Source of the DNA: Pelomyxa schiedti
Taxonomy: Eukaryota > Protista > Evosea
NCBI GenBank assembly: GCA_020536535.1
Contig: JAHLWZ010000455.1
Location: forward strand, 1-64,000
Direction of reading: 5' to 3'
DNA length: 64,000 bases
The notes beneath the pieces were generated by a model that ran no database searches, had not been told where the DNA came from, and saw only the letters and a program-made list of their open reading frames with translations. A program made the position numbers and the translations under genes. Below are positions 11,877-23,653 of this stretch, in pieces (position 1 is the stretch's first letter; every line of letters begins with the position of its first letter).

Positions 11877-14800
11877 ATGCGGTCGAGTGGCGCAACGGCA
11901 TCAACAGCGCCCAGTGGAGGGGGAAGGGGAAGAGGGTCAGCGGCCCCGAGCCCGTCATCATCAGGGGGCGGGGCACGAGGAGGCGGGCCCACGGGGCAGC
12001 AGCAGCCCCAGCAGGGGCAACCCCAGCCGCAGGCCACGTCCACGGCCTCGGGGGGCGCGCAGCAGCAGCAACAGGCCCAGCAGCAGCAGGCGGCGAGGCC
12101 CGCAGTGTCGCTGCTGTCCAACGCCGTGGTGAATTTGGCTGCGCTCAGGGAGAGGGACAGAAGGAGGCTGGCTCAGATTCTTCAAGTCCATCAGTGTGTC
12201 TTCTCTTCATCTGCGTTTTGTTAGTCGCCAGTTTTATTGGTTTATTTTTATGTTGATTGTTTTTTGTTCCTAACTTGTCATAATGAAACGCAGTACATTT
12301 GTCACGGGACAAGGCATTAAGGCTTTGGTTCTGGATCAGTACTTAATGGGGCCACTGGGGTATATTTCTGAAGTAGCCTTCCTGAAGGTTAATTCCACAG
12401 TTGTTTCTTGTGATAAGAATATTAACTCCACTAGGCAAATGGTGTGGATAAAATTTGGCATTTGCAGCAAAGTATCGACTTTGCATGCTCTTCAGTACTA
12501 TACATCTTACGCCCAAAGTAAATTCTCTCTAGAATGCAGCGAGGAACTCATTCAAAGACAGAGTTGCATTGACAAAACTGCTTATACGAAGTCTAAACAA
12601 TGTAATGAAGACAGCCAAAAATGTGGTGTGCACAGTTTGCTTCATGCCACGAAGGACATACAATTGTGACTTGGTGTGGATATAATCTTTGATATTGGAA
12701 TAACTTCAAGTAGATTCTTGAGGAATCAGGTCTTAGTAAATTTGTGTCTGTGACAGAATTGGGAATGGATTTGATCCCCATTGATGACGATTTGTTATCT
12801 CTTGAACTTGAAGATGATTATCGTGAATGCAAGCTGGTGAGTGATTTCATATCTTCAGCATGGACAAGAAAAGAGTGATGTAACTATTAAAAAAAAGGAA
12901 GGAGATAGAACTTCTCTTTTCAGTGTGGCCAAAGCAATCATGAAACTGCAACAACTTTTCGGCTTCATACCACAAGTAAAATATAAAGGAAATGCTGCAA
13001 AGGTTTCTTGTCATATGTTTGTTCCTGTACAGACTTTTTGCCTAGGAAGTGTGTGATATGATCCTCCGAATGAGGCAAGAACTGATTACGGAAGAGGAAC
13101 CTCTGCCACCTATCACACCAGAAATAGATACCCTAATTTTGCTTGATCGTGATGTGGATATGGTAACACCTGTCCTTACAACACTAACATATGAAGGTTC
13201 TCAATATCCTTTTAAATTCCTTTTGGACCATAAAAATCTTTTTTAGGATTTGTGGATGAGCTGCATGGAATTCGCAATGGTAGTGTATTATTCAAGCAAA
13301 AATGGAGCTTGACAATATATCCTCTTATTTTTAGGCTTTGTGGAGCTACCTGTCGAAGTTGTTAGTCCGCCTTCTACTGATAAGACAACCCCAGCACCCC
13401 CTCAACCACCTCCTGGTACCAAAGTGCGGTATCCTCTGAACAACAATGACAAGCTGTATCAGGAGATCCGTAACATGAATTTTTCCACTGTTGGTCCCAT
13501 TCTCAATAAAAAGGCTCGCGACATCGATCAGTATTACAAGGTTTGTGCCTAACGCAACTCTGTTTGACGTTGTAACTACAGGAACGGAGGGATAACAAAA
13601 CCTTAAATGAGTTGCGTGCTTATGTTAAGAAGATTGGTGTCACCCAAGCTGAGCACAATGCTTTGCGAATCTGTATGTTACAATTCCGAGGAAATCCTCT
13701 CTCTGCACCACCACTTTTTTACATGAAGCTACTGTGTTCACCCCCATCCAGATACATATCTAGCAGAAAACATTCTAACTGAGACAAAGAAGCCTTTGTT
13801 TTCACAGCAATTGACTGAAGAGCAATGTTTGTTTTTGAGATACGCTAATGAACTGACTCATAGCTGACAGCATTAATTGTTGGAAATGACACAGAGAACA
13901 CATTCTTGGAGAACTGCATTGGCAGACAAGAGCCCCTGCCAAAGATACTACGTTTATTGGTTTTGCAAAGTATTACTTTGGGAGGGTTCAAACCTAAAGT
14001 GTACGAATTTCTGAAGACAGAAATCGTTCAGGTTTTCATTTTGCCAACAAGAGACATGTGTGCACCCAACATCATTTATAGACATATGGGTTCTCTGCTC
14101 TTTACACGTTGGAGAATTTGGAGCGCCTTGGGCTTATTCATCAACAACAGGGTTCAAAGTGGCCAGCAACAATTTCAACACCCTCTGTAGGTGGCTTAAG
14201 TAGTGTAACATTCAATACACCCTCATTTGCTCCTCCGTTCATGAGTGCACCTCCGTTTGCTACAGTCAGAAAGTTGTTGCGCCTGGTGGTTGAGGATGTT
14301 AAATTGAATCCTCCCTCCGACATAGCATACACGTTTTCTGGGTTAGTAGTCCTTTTCCACATGTGACAACTCATTACAAAAAAAAAAAAAAAATTTGTAG
14401 CTATGCACCTGTTAGTGTAAGGTTGGTAGAAGCTGCACTCCGCCCAAGTGGTTGGAGGGAGATTGAGGAGGCTCTGAGAGCACTACCAGGCACCCAAAAC
14501 GAACTTCAACAGGTTTTTCAGAGTCCAGATAAATATGAATAACGAAATACTACCCGCAGGAATTGCAAGAAGGGGTCCAATATGAACCCCCTTCATCCCA
14601 TTCCCTTTCCGTCTCTACACCAAGTGAGCAAAAAACGCGCAACAATATTGTGCTTGTTTTCTACATTGGTGGATTGACTTACCCCGAGTTGGCAGCACTT
14701 CGGCACGTTTCTACCAGCGAAGGTTTGTTTGGCCCAAACGTTTCCCACACCAATTTGACGACACAACCAAAACAAAATTGCAGCCAACCAGTGCGACATC

Positions 14801-15499
14801 ATCGTCGCCACCACCAGCCTCGTCAACGGGTCGACTCTCATGTCATCCCTGATCGAGCGGCTCCCGGCCTCGCCGCTCGCCACCGGCGTCTCCCCGTCGT
14901 CGGCCCCGGTCGTCGATGACGACCTCATCTGCCCGTATTCGTTTGGAGGAGGTGCCAGTGCCAGTGCCGGCATCGGCTCCACCGCCACCGCCGCGCAGCA
15001 GCCCTCGTACCCGACCTCTCCATCGACCTCACCACCGCTAACGACCTCCGCACCGGGGAAAGGCCGCACGCCGCCTCCCAGCAGCAGCGCCTCATCGACA
15101 TCACCAGGCCTCTCGACTTCGTCGTCTTCTTCATTATCCACATCCACATCGACTGCGGCATCCAAAAGCAGCTCCGTGCCATCATCGTCTCCACCCCCGG
15201 CTCCTACGAACCCGTTCGAGTCTGACTCACCTTCTTACCACACAAGCGCCCGTTCTTCTTCTTCCTCGTCGTCGTCTGCTTCCGCTTCTTCCGCGGCTAG
15301 CACAAACCCCTTTGAGAGCAACACAACACCGACTTCAACCAACCCGTTTGACAGTGACTCCCCATCAACGGCTTCAACAGCCTTTGCCAATCTGACCAAC
15401 GCACCAAGGGCGGCACTGGGAATGGGACGCACGGCTGTAGCCAATCTACCAAATATCTCTGTCACTGGTTTGTTCAACAAGCTCGGCAATAAGAATTAA
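11877..15499 (+). CDS. VPS33: Vps33 (Sec1/Munc18 family; HOPS/CORVET) with long Ser/Pro-rich C-terminal extension
   Basis: NLAALRERDRRRLAQIL, KALVLDQYLMGPLG, LILLDRDVDMVTPVLTTLTYEG, LNNNDKLYQEIRNMNFSTVGPILNKKA, VFYIGGLTYPELAALR, IIVATTSLVNGSTL. Confidence 0.92.
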
Positions 15500-15641
15500 T
15501 TAATTGGATTTGTCAAAAAAGAAAGCCCAAACACTATTGTTTTCTATTGTTGTTCATTATGTTTGAGCATTCATTGTTTTGGTTTGGGGTGTGGTGCTGG
15601 CAAAGAGCCACAAATACTACAACAGCTGGATTGCCAAATGT

Positions 15642-16813
15642 TTAGAGTTTGATTTTGGTTCCCGTTAGGAGCTGCAGGGCATTTACAAGGTTTGTCACAG
15701 CATTGTTGACATCTTCATAGTCCAGTGCCGAGGCTGCGTGCCTGCACATTTTCTGGGCTTTCTCAACATCCTCCATTGAAGGGTTGTAATGTACCATTGG
15801 TGTAACTGGGGCTGGAGTGGTTGTGACGGGAGCCTTGGTAGGTTGGGTTCTGGTTGGGGGTTTTGAGGTTGGTTGGCTAGTTGGTTGTGTAGGTTTAGGA
15901 GGCATGGAAGGGTTCATAAATGTACCTTGGGAAGGGGGAATTATGGTGGATTGTGCTGGTGGTTGCATTTGATCGGGGAAGAAATTTACTTGCGGTGGGG
16001 TAACTGGCAAAAAAACTGGTTGCTGTGTTGAAGATTCATCAGGAAGCCCCTGGATATGCCGTTCCGTTGTTGTCAAAAAGAAAGAGTGGATAGTACTTGC
16101 ATAGACTCATCACCCCCAGGGGGGCCAGGGGTGGGTCTGAGGCCCATTTTTATTGCCTTCGCAATGTCAGCTGCTTTCCATCTGGCATACTTCACCCTCT
16201 CAACAATCTAGTATGCCTTAGAATTAGAGGAAATCGTGGAGAATATTCTAAATCTAACTCTAACGCACATCGTCTGATAGAGGGCCAAATTGTGATAAAA
16301 CTTCTAGGAAGTAACTTGCAGAAGAGAAGTTCTCTGCTGTGCGCCTGGCTTTTTTGTTTATTCGTGAACATACATAAATTGGGTTACATAGTGGCGTTTC
16401 CTGCCCTGTCTTCCTCGTCAGCCATCTGGAATACATTCAACGCAAACTGCTCCACATATTCTTTCCCCATGCCCTCTTGTGTCAGAGTAGACTCGAGCTG
16501 CGCTTTTTGCTATTGCCAAAGTTCGTGCATTAAAAAAGAAACAAAGAGTAGAGTAATACCTGTTCAACGGACACCATCCACGACAACAATGTCTTTTGTG
16601 AAGCTTCATCACGTGCACCAGACGTTTTTTCAATGCCCAGTTGCAGCACGTAAACCATGCCTTTCAATTTAAACCACAAAGTCACCGGAAAAGAGTGTAC
16701 GCACAATAATAAGCCAACACCGGATCTCTGGTAGCCAACACGTTTGCTCTCTTCAAAACCGGCGCCACTGCCTGCAGTTGTGCCGGCAGAGATCCAACAC
16801 CCTGTTGTGCCAT
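15642..16813 (-). CDS. VTA1: Vta1/LIP5 (Vps4 cofactor, ESCRT)
   Basis: N-terminal LATRDPVLAYYC, YVEQFALNVFQMADEEDRAG (MIT); C-terminal VSL domain KAQKMCRHAASALDYEDVNNAVTNL. Confidence 0.93.
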
Positions 16814-16989
16814 ACTTTGTTTTCAACTTTTTGGGATTCAGCTGTAACAGCAGAGACATTTTTCCATGAGCCTGGCAGGCGTAGATGTGCCACAGCTCTC
16901 ATGGGGAGAGGGCGAAGATAAGATTCAGGCCGCCCACTTGCCAGAGGGATCTGCAATCTAGAGCGAAACGAAACACCCTTAGAAGAAAA

Positions 16990-19136
16990 ATGATTAACGG
17001 GTTTTTGGCTGTTGTTCTGGCTGTGGCGGCAGTTGTGGTTGTTGGTGCACGTGTGGAGGACCTTATCACTGATCTACCTGGAATTGTGGGTGTTGGGGGG
17101 GTTTTTTATGTTGTTGTTAATGGTTGAATGCAGGAAAATGTTACTTTTGCACAGTACTCTGGTTACATACAGATTGATGCAGTGACTAACAAAAATTTGT
17201 TCTACTGGTTAGTTTCTTTGTTTCCAGGGTATTTGCTTCTGACTCTCCTTGGCTTTTCAGGTTTGTGGAATCACAACGAGACCCAACTACTGATCCTCTT
17301 ATTTTGTGGATGAATGGAGGCCCTGGGGCATCATCACTCAACGGATTCTTCACGGAACATGGTCCCTTCTGGTACAGAAAGAGACTGCCATTGTGTCATA
17401 CTCATTTTGTTTCTTTTCATCAAGGCCAAATCCTGATGGCGCAACATTACACGCGAACCCTTATGCCTGGAACAGAATTGCCAATATGATTTATCTAGGT
17501 ATTTCTTCCATTCGGGTTTCTATCAAGTCATGTTGATGCAGAGGCTCCTGCTGGTGTTGGCTTTAGTTACAGTGATGACAAAAAGGACTATTTTACTGGA
17601 GACGTTCAGACAGGTATGCACTTCGAAAAAATACTGAGAATCTCAATTTTTGGATATAGCCTTGGATAACTACAATTTCTTGGTTTCGTGGTTCAAGCTT
17701 TATCCAGAATTTCAAGAAAATCCCTTCTTCATATCTGGAGAGTCATATGGGTAATTTCTACCTCCTTTTCCACTATTTCCTTCCACCTTCCTTTCAGGGG
17801 GCACTATGTACCTGAACTTGCTGAAAATATTATGAACTTGGATACCACCCATAGCATTAACATGAAGGGAATCCTCATTGGGAATCCATTGATTAATTCT
17901 GATTCCTTCCTGCGCGTTGCAAACCCTAGCGCAGATGCCTATCCTTTTCTAAATTTCATGTTGTTTCATGAGCCAATCAACAGGAATACATGACTCATAC
18001 TGTTATTACTCCAGGTACACACATGGGCTTATACCAGTTAAGACTTATGGAGAGGCTTCTGAGATATGCAATTGGGGAAGTTACCTTTCTGACTGCACCG
18101 GCAACTACACAAATCCCTCCTCAGAGTGCCTCAGTGCCACGGAGGTGAGTGTTTTTATCGGGAACGGAGTCTTAAACAAACTAGAAATGTCTACGGTACA
18201 TTCCGTCAAATTTAGATCTATACAATGTGCTGGCTCCTGTCTGCCTGACCAGTACTGCCACTGAGCGGGTGAAGTACGTATCCAGCTGGAATCCACTGAT
18301 AAAATTGACAGCGTATCTTCACATCCTCTAATAAAAGGAGATTTAATTCTTTTTTTCTCCTCTATAGTGAACTCCAAGAGAAGAAAGCCACGAGAAACCC
18401 GGTAGCGACTGCTTCATATGATTACGATTATGATCCCTGTGTACTGGATACCACTAATGTGATGCTATCAGATCTAACTCTTATTAGTTGGAAGACTATA
18501 CAACTACTTATCTTAATCTACCGGAAGTTCAATCTGCAATACACGCTCAACCCACTGAGTGGGCTGTGGTAAGTCCATTTCGACTACATCACAAATATAA
18601 TTTTCGGCCAGTTTGAGAATAATATCCACTATAAACTAGCTGACACTTACATAAATATCATTCCCGTGATACAAAATATCCTAGATAACACTGAGTGGAC
18701 TATTTTTGTGTACTCAGGTTTGACTCTCAGCCAACAAGGTTCTAAATTCATCCTTATGCAGGTGCTATTGACGGTTGTGTACCATTCATTGGTACCCAAA
18801 GGTTGGTTGTTCCCCTCCCCTCCAATAATAAGAGGCACCAAGGTGGATTTCTTGCCTTGGGAGGACAATAATAAATGATTGGCGTGGGTGGGACTTTGAG
18901 TCACAGGGTGCTGGAACAGTAATTGATTATGATAGGCTCACTTTCATGACTGTCAAGGCTTCTGGACATATGGTACTAGTACCACTACTAAAAATTCTCT
19001 TTCAAACTCACTCTCAAAGGTTCCCATGTACACCCCCAAAGAAGCTTTTGGTACTCCTTTCCCTGCTTAGTCTGTTTCACAACTAATTTTTTTTTTAGCC
19101 ATGTTCCAGTGCCGGATGGATAACAAGAGTTGCTAG
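16990..19136 (+). CDS. Secreted/lysosomal serine carboxypeptidase, peptidase family S10
   Basis: Signal peptide; [49 protein letters not shown] (catalytic Ser), SGAIDGCVP (Asp), GHMVPMY (His). Confidence 0.93.
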
Positions 19137-19566
19137 GAGTTCTATGGTTCATTTACTTCACCTCATTTAAAAAAAAAAACAGCTACGTCTCATGTATGCT
19201 GTTCACAGTGTGTTTGGCCAAAGAAGAAAAAACTTTTGTTACGTCTCTCAGCACCCTTTTCCTTTCACAACAAGAAAAAGACAAAAAGCCGACTTCGAAC
19301 CCAGGACCCAAGGGAACGAGAGCTCACCTAGAATCAACTGAGATTTTGCTGACCCCTCTCCTTCCACACCCGTGCCCTATCTGCTTAAGATGGGATGAAT
19401 GAATTTGCCTTCCAAGTTGGGTTGAACAGAGGGTGAAGCCATGGACTGCACCTTAGTCGACTGCTCATACTAACGCAAAAGGCATGAATAATCCTACAGG
19501 AGTCCCAGTCGTTTCAGGAGTCACCTTTCGCCGCACTTTCATCTACTGAGTGGGGAAATAAAAGTG

Positions 19567-22500
19567 ATGCAGCAGGGTGTCAGTAGTCGCGTTGCGGCCG
19601 GCAACTTGTTCAGAACGCACTCGCTCAAAGATGTTGCCAATGTGCTGCAAGAAAAATCGTATGGTTCCCCCCCCCCCCCCCCCCCCGTTTTTCGTCGTGT
19701 CGTGGGGCTGATGACAGGAGAAAAGGCGGGAAGAGGTGAACAAAGGGGCAGAGTTAAGGGCTTTCATTGGCGAGCATTATAGAGAACTTCTGGAGTCGGC
19801 TGATGTCACACTCGCCATTACTCGTGAGGCCGCGGAGTTAAAGAAAGGAATTGACACACTTGCTTCTGTGTGGAAAATATGCACATCATAAATTCATTTC
19901 TCATTCCGCCCCCGCCCCTTTGTTTGCAGAACTGGAATATTCAGTCTTTCACTGGGAAGACTCCTAGTCGCGACACGCAGGAGACACTCAAATTGCGTCA
20001 GCAATATGCAATTGCTCTCAAGTTTAAAGTTATCATTGAAACAAATAGTATGGTGCGAGGTACCAGGCTCATGGATACCATCTCATCAAGTGTGGTTCTC
20101 TATCCCAGGTTCAATCTGAGTTGCGTGCCTGGAATTGCCTGGGAGCTGCTCTTCTTTACTTGAATTCTCAGAAGGAATTCCTGCTTCTACAATCCAACCC
20201 CGATCCCCAAGTTGTATCGATGCTTGTGTGTCACTATTCCAGTCACTTATGTGATTCTCATATTTTTCTTGATTACTCTTGTTGTTAAGTTCAGGCATCC
20301 TGCCCTTTAGTGGCACAACAGTGGTCTGTTTGTTCCAATTTGCCACAAAAAGTGATCGACAGAGCTTGCCAACTTCTGTCTCGCCGTTGTCTGACATCTG
20401 ACGTATATCTCCCATCTCTAGTGGTAGTTGTTCACTTTGATCTTTGAATAAAAGGCTTATTGTAATGGACTGGCAGCACTCTTTCTCCTTTCGAATTCTA
20501 CTCCCGTTTGCCTATTTCAAGAACTTCTCGATGCACAATTGCGTAATCTCACTTCAGTAGCACCTGGTTCTGTGGCTATGGAAGGCACTACTGTTTTGAA
20601 CTCAATTGCGTCATCTGTGTGCATTCACAATAAGACAACTAAACAAAAAAATAAACTGATTTCTATTCTCTTTTTTAGATTTGCTGTACTCTTACTACTG
20701 CTTACTCGGTGTTTATGTGCAGCCCCGGTATAGTATTTCTTTTTTTGCCTCTAATTCTCATTGCTCGACAGGTCAACCTCTCCCCCTTCTTGTAACCACT
20801 CTACAATCAGCAGCCGTGCCTTCCCGGGATCCCCATTCCTCTGATACTCCCAGTTTATTGCAAGTTGTGAACAACACCAGCGCTGCATCTGATATTACAT
20901 TTATTGCAACACTTGCCAAAACACCAGGGTCTCCAGGTCTTATGGAACGCGAAACGCTGAGGAACGTTGTCACTTTGTGGTCCGCACAATGTTCAGTAAA
21001 GTGCCAACCGCAAATTACTGCAGTCCTGGAACGGTACTTTGTCCCATAGTTCTAATTGTTACTGACATTGTCACCGAAGTATCAATACACCAGCAGAATT
21101 GGCATCCATTGCGACACAACTACACACACACATCTCTACCCTTCAAAAGCCAAACACTTTTTCTAAGGTCCTTTCTCCTTTTTCTCCCTTTTTTTTCGTT
21201 TCAATAACCATTACAGTTGGACATTTGGGCACTGCTATTTGAAACACCATTTGTGGAGCGCGCCAAAGTTGTTTCAAATAAGTCTCTATCACAACTGGCA
21301 GCATTCTCCTCCATGTTAGACAGTCTTCTTTCATCTGGTCTGTTCACCTAATTCTTTGTGATTTTTTCCTCTTATATCATTCCACAGAGGAGTCCCAAAT
21401 CAGTGGTTCGTCTCTCTGGTGCAATATCGCCATTGGTTCCCCAAAGAAATCGCCTCAGCCTTTGTATCAGGGATTAAATGGAAATACTCCAACAACTCCC
21501 GTAAATTGGAGAATCAGAGATCGAGCTGCTTTTGTGTCTCCTGGAGTGTCCAGTGTTATACAATTTGTTGAAAACTGCCTACGGACATGCACAGAAGAGA
21601 CTAAGGCACTGATTTCTTCCTTTCTACCATATGATGCTGCTTCGTCTGTTGGACATGTTCTTATCAAGTAGGCTTCGATGGAAACATTTATCACAACTCA
21701 AAGCCCACTTCAGGGAACATCCACTCGTCTCACATGTACGTCGGCAGTGTTGTGATTCCCTTTCATCGATTTGCAGTCAAATGATGTCAAAAATTGAATC
21801 CCTCCGTCCTTCAGCCGTTAAATCAGATTCACGATCTTTGAGTGAGATACTAATAATAGGGCGTTTTGCACACACCATTATTGAAAGCTGTGGTATGATC
21901 AAAACAGCCCTCACACCTCAGGGATACCAAAAGTACCACAATTGCTGTTAGAATTCCCTTAAACTTTACAACAGGAATTCTATGAAATTGAACCCTTTGG
22001 CAGGTTTTGTGGCAAAGTAAACTGTACAATTCTGAGACATGTAAAGGTCATTGCGATCTACATAATGAAGCCACCGAACACTTTATACATGTATACACAA
22101 CAGCACACTTTATTTGGGCAGAAATCCTTTCCTCGCGAGCCAGTGAGATGGTTAAAAATTCTCTCAATGCTGAGAATTGGGGTGATTCACAACGAGTTAA
22201 TTCATGGGAAGGTAGATCAAGGCTCCTCAATAATTTTCTCTCATTAGTTAAATTTATTGGTCCATCTAACAGAGTTAAGCTATTTCTTTAAATAGTCCTA
22301 GCTCTGGTTCAGAGGAAAGACCTGATGAACAAATCGTACCTATTGATACAAAAGTCTACCTTCCCCGGATCCCATCACCATACCTCTCGGGACTGCTTTA
22401 CTTTTTATGTCAACAAACAAATAATGCAGTTGGCCACTCCATGTGTCAAGTACTCAAACTTTTTTGCACCGCTTTGTAATCTCTGAAAGTGATTTAGACA

Positions 22501-23598
22501 CTCGGGCAGTTGTGCTTGAAAACAATAACATCTTCCTTGTCCCACACTTTTGGTGAATTCATCCAGACAAAGCAAGCCTCTTTCAACAAGGAAGGTCGGA
22601 TCCAGGTCTAAAATCCCTTGCTACTGCAACAAATAAAATTGTATCTATGGCTTAAATCTTCCCAGTTGTGGCTGGATTTGCTCTGTTTATTCTCATTTTT
22701 ATCATCACGTGCACTGCTCTCATCTCCCAAAGATGACCCTTATTACAAGTCGGTTACATTGTTAGTATGTTAAGTTTAGTTGAGTTTCCTTTAAGTGTCT
22801 GAGTAGAATGGGACACAATGGGAAGATACTGTAACACGAGAAATTCAGCAAAAAGGTGATTTGATTGCCAGTATCACAGCTGATGTGTGTATTTTCTTTT
22901 AAACTCCTTCAAGAAGTCTTACAGTATGTTTATCTAAGCTGGACCCTGTGGACATAGCATTCTATGATTCACGCATAAAAGCTCTGAGCACGACCCACAG
23001 AGCAAGATGTGGAAGTTTATTTGGGTCCGTCCTGCAATACTGCTCTCAACCCGCCCCATCAGATTTACTGACTAAGTTAACATACTTTCTTAACTTTCCT
23101 GCAGTTTATCTCACAACTCAAAGCACCAAAGCAACAGAAGCCTACAACCCGCTTGGGATATTACCTCCCGTTTCCAGGTTTACCTATGTCAAAGCCGCTG
23201 CCCCCCTGCTTGACACGTGGCCCGCCATTCCCACCGCCACCCCGCCCTCCATCTCCCCCGGCTCCCCGCGGCCCGACGGAGTTGAGGGCATCACAACAAC
23301 ATCCGGAAGCTACTCCGCCACTACCGCTGCTGCTACATTCCTACCTCTCCCGCCACCACCGGCCACCTCGCCGGTTCTCGCCCAGTCACTCCCCGTTCAG
23401 ACACCACTGCGCCGGTCAACCAGCACAACGCCAATGCCTCTATCACCAGCTCAAACACCACCTCTTCCCTCCTCCACTCCTCCACCAACCCTCAGCAGCA
23501 GTTACTCAACAGGCACAGCCACACCAGCAAGGCCTGCTACTGGGTTCATGGGCAGATTGAGTTCTTTCCTGGGCACCCAGACTTCAAACCAGACTTGA
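19567..23598 (+). CDS. COG1: Conserved oligomeric Golgi complex subunit 1
   Basis: N-terminus LFRTHSLKDVANVLQEKSREEVNKGAELRAFIGEHYRELLESAD fits the Cog1/Vps51 N-terminal motif; late RARCGSLFG segment; Pro-rich tail. Confidence 0.75.
19667..19686 (+). repeat. C20 homopolymer in COG1 intron 1
   Basis: 20 consecutive C. Confidence 0.9.
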
Positions 23599-23653
23599 AG
23601 GACATAAACCAAAAAAAAAACTTTCCCTCAAGGTGTTTATTGGCTGTATTTTT

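Noticed and set aside
13204-13211. ATATCCTT, like a U12-type 5' splice site
   Set aside because: Lies inside an ordinary GT-AG intron of VPS33; no AT-AC boundary fits the frame.
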